37,445 bases of DNA from a virus, in the UHGV virus genome UHGV-1374556; one strand, given 5' to 3'. Below the pieces are notes generated by a model that searched no databases, was not told the origin of the DNA, and saw nothing but the letters and a program-made list of their open reading frames with translations. Below, piece by piece: positions 34,997 to 37,445 of this stretch. The position numbers were made by a program, and so were the translations under genes. Position 1 is the first letter of the stretch. Each line of letters begins with the position of its first letter.

Positions 34997-35026
34997 GTTG
35001 CGATATCGCAACTTGTGACGTCACAA
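34997..35026. promoter_or_regulatory. Palindrome GTTGCGATATCGCAAC (copy 4 of 4) abutting a second perfect palindrome TTGTGACGTCACAA
   Basis: 16-bp palindrome at 34997-35012 is directly followed by a 14-bp palindrome at 35013-35026 in the holin-endolysin intergenic region. Confidence 0.7.
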
Positions 35027-35034
35027 CTTTTCAT

Positions 35035-35067
35035 GGCTCAGGGATGTCCCTGGGCCTTATTTTTTTT
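35035..35067 (+). terminator. Rho-independent terminator between holin and endolysin
   Basis: GGCTCAGGGATGTCCCTGGGCC stem-loop followed by TTATTTTTTTT. Confidence 0.65.
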
Positions 35068-35083
35068 GATGGAGGAAAACACT

Positions 35084-35857
35084 ATGAGTAAAACAGCAGC
35101 AGGATTAATACGGCACTGCAAGGACAAGCTGGGAACCCCTTACGTCTACGGCGCCAAGGGCGAGGTCCTTACCCAGGCCATCCTGGACCGCCTCGCCCGG
35201 GAGAACCCAGGTACATACACATCCACTTACAAAGCTAAGGCAGCCAAGTACATAGGCCAGCGCTGCACGGACTGTTCCGGCCTTATCAGCTGGTACACTG
35301 GGCGCATCCGCGGCAGCTACAACTACCACGACACAGCCGTGGAGCGCGTGGGTATCGACCATCTGGACGAGTCCATGGTCGGCTGGGCGCTGTGGAAGCC
35401 GGGCCACATCGGGGTATACATAGGTGATGGTTGGTGTATTGAGGCCAAGGGCATCAATTACGGCACCATCAAGTCCAGAGTGACCGCCACACCCTGGCAG
35501 AAGGTCCTCAAGCTCTGCGACATCGACTATACCCCGGTCCCAGTGACATGCACCCAGGGCTTTCATCCGGCCGCAGACGGCCAGCGCTGGCGGTATCAGT
35601 TTACAGACGGCAGCTATGCGGCTAATGGCTGGTATTGGCTCCGGGAGGCCACGGACGGTACCTATGGTTGGTATCTGTTCGATTCCGAGGGCTACATGCT
35701 GACCGGCTACCAGGTGGACCCCGCCGGTGAGGCATTTTTACTCTGTCCAGTCAAGGGCAGCGACGAGGGCAAGTGCATGATTACGGATGCCAGGGGAGCG
35801 CTCCGGATTGCAGAAGAATACGACATGGTAAATCGACGGTACGTGTTCGAGTGGTGA
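35084..35857 (+). CDS. Endolysin: NlpC/P60-family peptidase with C-terminal cell-wall-binding repeats
   Basis: Start MSKTAAG with GGAGGA RBS. Catalytic Cys in RCTDCSGLISW and His in GHIGVYIG. Repeats GWYWLREATDGTYGWYLFDSEGYMLTGY (CW_binding_1-like). Confidence 0.8.
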   Translation: MSKTAAGLIRHCKDKLGTPYVYGAKGEVLTQAILDRLARENPGTYTSTYKAKAAKYIGQRCTDCSGLISWYTGRIRGSYNYHDTAVERVGIDHLDESMVGWALWKPGHIGVYIGDGWCIEAKGINYGTIKSRVTATPWQKVLKLCDIDYTPVPVTCTQGFHPAADGQRWRYQFTDGSYAANGWYWLREATDGTYGWYLFDSEGYMLTGYQVDPAGEAFLLCPVKGSDEGKCMITDARGALRIAEEYDMVNRRYVFEW

Positions 35858-35892
35858 CACTGATGCCAGATAAGGATGGGGATAACAGAGGA

Positions 35893-35923
35893 GATGGGTC
35901 TAGTCCATAGGACCAGACCCATC
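35893..35923. terminator. Long stem-loop, GATGGGTCT...AGACCCATC with inner GTCC/GGAC pairing
   Basis: 9-bp outer stem plus 4-bp inner stem. No U-tract follows. Lies downstream of the endolysin. Confidence 0.35.
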
Positions 35924-36105
35924 CATGTACAAAATATTCGGGGGCATAGATGGTGACATCTACGAAAATATTATATCGACTAAATATAGACAAAGTATGA
36001 ATAGGAAAAATAAAAAGATAACTTAAAAAAAATTTTTAAAATCTGCAACTTTTTTGAAATACAATACGTCTAATATTATGAAATTATAAAAAGGAGGATT
36101 TGATA

Positions 36106-36501
36106 ATGAAGAAAAGAAATGTATTTGTAGCTACTTGTGTAACTTTGATGTTGGTTGCGGGATGTTCCGCGCAGAAAGGTGAAGTGTCTTCCGCAGCGCC
36201 TACACAGATAGTTAGCACTTCGATAGCGGAAAGTACGCTTGATGTGTCTTCCACTAAAAGCGGTGAAAATAGAATGGCTGAAGAAGAATCCACTCTTACA
36301 GGTACTATCAGTGACATTAAGGATTTTATGTTTGTTATCACCGATGGGGATGGAGTGGATTATGTTCTTAGCTTTGAAGGAGAAAAACCAGAAGGATTAT
36401 CTTCTGTCAAAGAAGGAGATACGGTTTCTGTTGTTTATACAGGAAAACTGGAAGAAACAGAAGCATTCACTGGAACTGTGATTTCTGTGACAAAAAAGTA
36501 G
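36106..36501 (+). CDS. Lipoprotein moron
   Basis: MKKRNVFVATCVTLMLVAGCS signal peptide plus lipobox. AAGGAGG RBS. AT-rich upstream region carries a TTGAAA -35-like element. Terminator downstream. Confidence 0.7.
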   Translation: MKKRNVFVATCVTLMLVAGCSAQKGEVSSAAPTQIVSTSIAESTLDVSSTKSGENRMAEEESTLTGTISDIKDFMFVITDGDGVDYVLSFEGEKPEGLSSVKEGDTVSVVYTGKLEETEAFTGTVISVTKK

Positions 36502-36532
36502 CAGGTTTAATTGTTAACTGGAAAAATTTTAA

Positions 36533-36558
36533 GGCGCCATAATGGCGTCTTTTGTTAT
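36533..36558 (+). terminator. Rho-independent terminator
   Basis: GGCGCCA-TAA-TGGCGTC stem-loop followed by TTTTGTTATT. Confidence 0.6.
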
Positions 36559-36705
36559 TAGTAACGAAAAACACCTCAATGTTAATTGAAAATTGAACTG
36601 TTGTTCACAGCCACATGCTTACTGAATTTGTCACAAGTAAAAAATGAATGGGGAAAAATCCCGAAAAAAGCGTTTATATATAAAAATGGTGGGGAGGCAT
36701 AAAGT

Positions 36706-36886
36706 CATGATTGAGGGAGCTTATGTACAATATCAGTCTGTCAGGGCAGCGGAGGACATGTTTAGCGAAATGAGATTACTCATAAATGAGATTACAATGA
36801 GGAATGTCCATTTCATTAGTGATGAAACTGCCGCTACTGTTTTGGAGCTGGCTCTTAAGATAGAGGAGGTGGAAGGCGAAGCGTAA
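36706..36886 (+). CDS. Hypothetical small protein (60 aa)
   Basis: GGGGAGG RBS 8 nt upstream of ATG MIEGAYVQ. The frame is open from 36644. Confidence 0.45.
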
Positions 36887-37090
36887 GGAAAGGAGGCACT
36901 AGAGATGTGGTGCCTGTTCCAGAAAAGAGGAGGACCAGCAGTTTCCTGCCAGCCCTTTTGAAAAAGTATATGAAAAGCATGAAAATGCTTTGCACGTAAT
37001 TTATGATAAGAGATAATTGTGATAAAAGTGTGAACAAACATCTTTTGTTTTGTATTATTTTACATTATAATACAAGCGGGAGGGATGATC

Positions 37091-37315
37091 ATGTTTGAGG
37101 TAGGAGATACCTGCTTCTTTCTGGAGAGCAACATACATGTGATCGAAGGAACAATCAGATCCTGCGTAGGCGGAAAATACATTGTCAGGTATGGGAGTGG
37201 AAAGGGAATTCGACTGACGGAGAAGAGGCTGTACAGTACAAGAGAAGAAGCGGAAGCCGCTACACCAAGAAAGGCAGCAGTGAGCAGAAGAAAAACGCCA
37301 TATGACTATATGTAA
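37091..37315 (+). CDS. Hypothetical small protein (74 aa)
   Basis: GGGAGGG RBS 8 nt upstream of ATG MFEVGDT. TATAAT -10 box at about 37058. Last gene before attR. Confidence 0.5.
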   Translation: MFEVGDTCFFLESNIHVIEGTIRSCVGGKYIVRYGSGKGIRLTEKRLYSTREEAEAATPRKAAVSRRKTPYDYM

Positions 37316-37392
37316 AAGGCGGGTACCGGAATACCGGGCCCGCCTAATTTCATACCATTTCCTACTTTCTTATACTACCCTATTAGACACAG

Positions 37393-37404
37393 TAAAGTCA
37401 CAAA
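37393..37404. repeat. attR core candidate TAAAGTCACAAA
   Basis: Exact 12-bp match to 158-169. Confidence 0.6.
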
Positions 37405-37445
37405 CAAACCAAAAAACCACGTAAAAACGTACTTTTTGCGCCATT

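Larger units (their letters stand above)
158..37404. mobile_element. Integrated temperate siphovirus-type prophage (about 37.2 kb), bounded by a 12-bp direct repeat
   Basis: Complete lysogeny, replication, packaging, head, tail and lysis modules in canonical order. An identical TAAAGTCACAAA copy lies at each end, and integrase sits at the left end with its stop codon inside the repeat. Confidence 0.8.

Noticed and set aside
35015-35083. Upstream GTG start giving an N-terminally extended endolysin (MTSQLFMAQGCPW...)
   Set aside because: The extension would be translated through the terminator hairpin and T-run. ATG 35084 has a proper GGAGGA RBS and gives a typical NlpC/P60 N-terminus.

Overview
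The window is almost entirely one complete, integrated temperate siphovirus-type prophage of about 37.2 kb. Gene content points to a Clostridia/Lachnospiraceae-like Firmicute host: ImmR/ImmA lysogeny switch, DUF1492 late regulator, XkdX, a holin, an NlpC/P60 endolysin with CW_binding_1-type repeats, and a phage sigma-70.

**Boundaries.** The prophage is bounded by a 12-bp direct repeat, TAAAGTCACAAA, at 158-169 and 37393-37404. The left copy overlaps the stop codon of a tyrosine integrase.

**Gene order, left to right.**
- Lysogeny module (int, lipoprotein moron, ImmA, ImmR) with a divergent promoter/operator region, followed by a Cro-like regulator.
- Two antirepressor-like genes (KilAC and ORF6N) and an HTH/Xis-like gene.
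- A long run of small early ORFs, including a 377-aa protein of unknown function.
- A phage-encoded sigma-70 family sigma factor.
- Replication module: replisome-organiser with internal iteron-like tandem repeats, and an AEP-primase/DnaB-like helicase fusion.
- XRE and DUF1492 (ArpU/RinA-like) late-regulator pair.
- An AT-rich single-gene moron with its own promoter and terminator.
- HNH endonuclease, P27-type TerS and TerL (cos-type packaging).
- HK97-like portal, prohead protease and capsid; head-tail joining proteins.
- Major tail, tail chaperone with a programmed -1 frameshift (G/GT), 1527-aa tape measure, Dit, and Tal with a C-terminal intramolecular-chaperone domain.
- Tail fibre with an Ala/Ser-rich linker, then XkdW-like and XkdX genes.
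- Holin, NlpC/P60 endolysin with cell-wall-binding repeats.
- Three small independently transcribed genes before attR.

**Most unusual signals.**
- A perfect 16-bp palindrome, GTTGCGATATCGCAAC (14-bp core TTGCGATATCGCAA), occurs four times. Each copy sits at a module junction: 13-19 nt upstream of the RBS of int, of the gene following the sigma factor, and of portal, and between holin and endolysin.
- An AT-rich membrane-protein moron sits between the late regulator and the packaging genes.
- A convergent 84-codon antisense ORF exactly fills the gap after the tail-fibre gene.
- The 377-aa unknown early protein is preceded by a coupled 40-aa hydrophobic peptide ORF.

All calls rest on reading motifs in the supplied six-frame translations and the DNA itself. 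No database search was possible.
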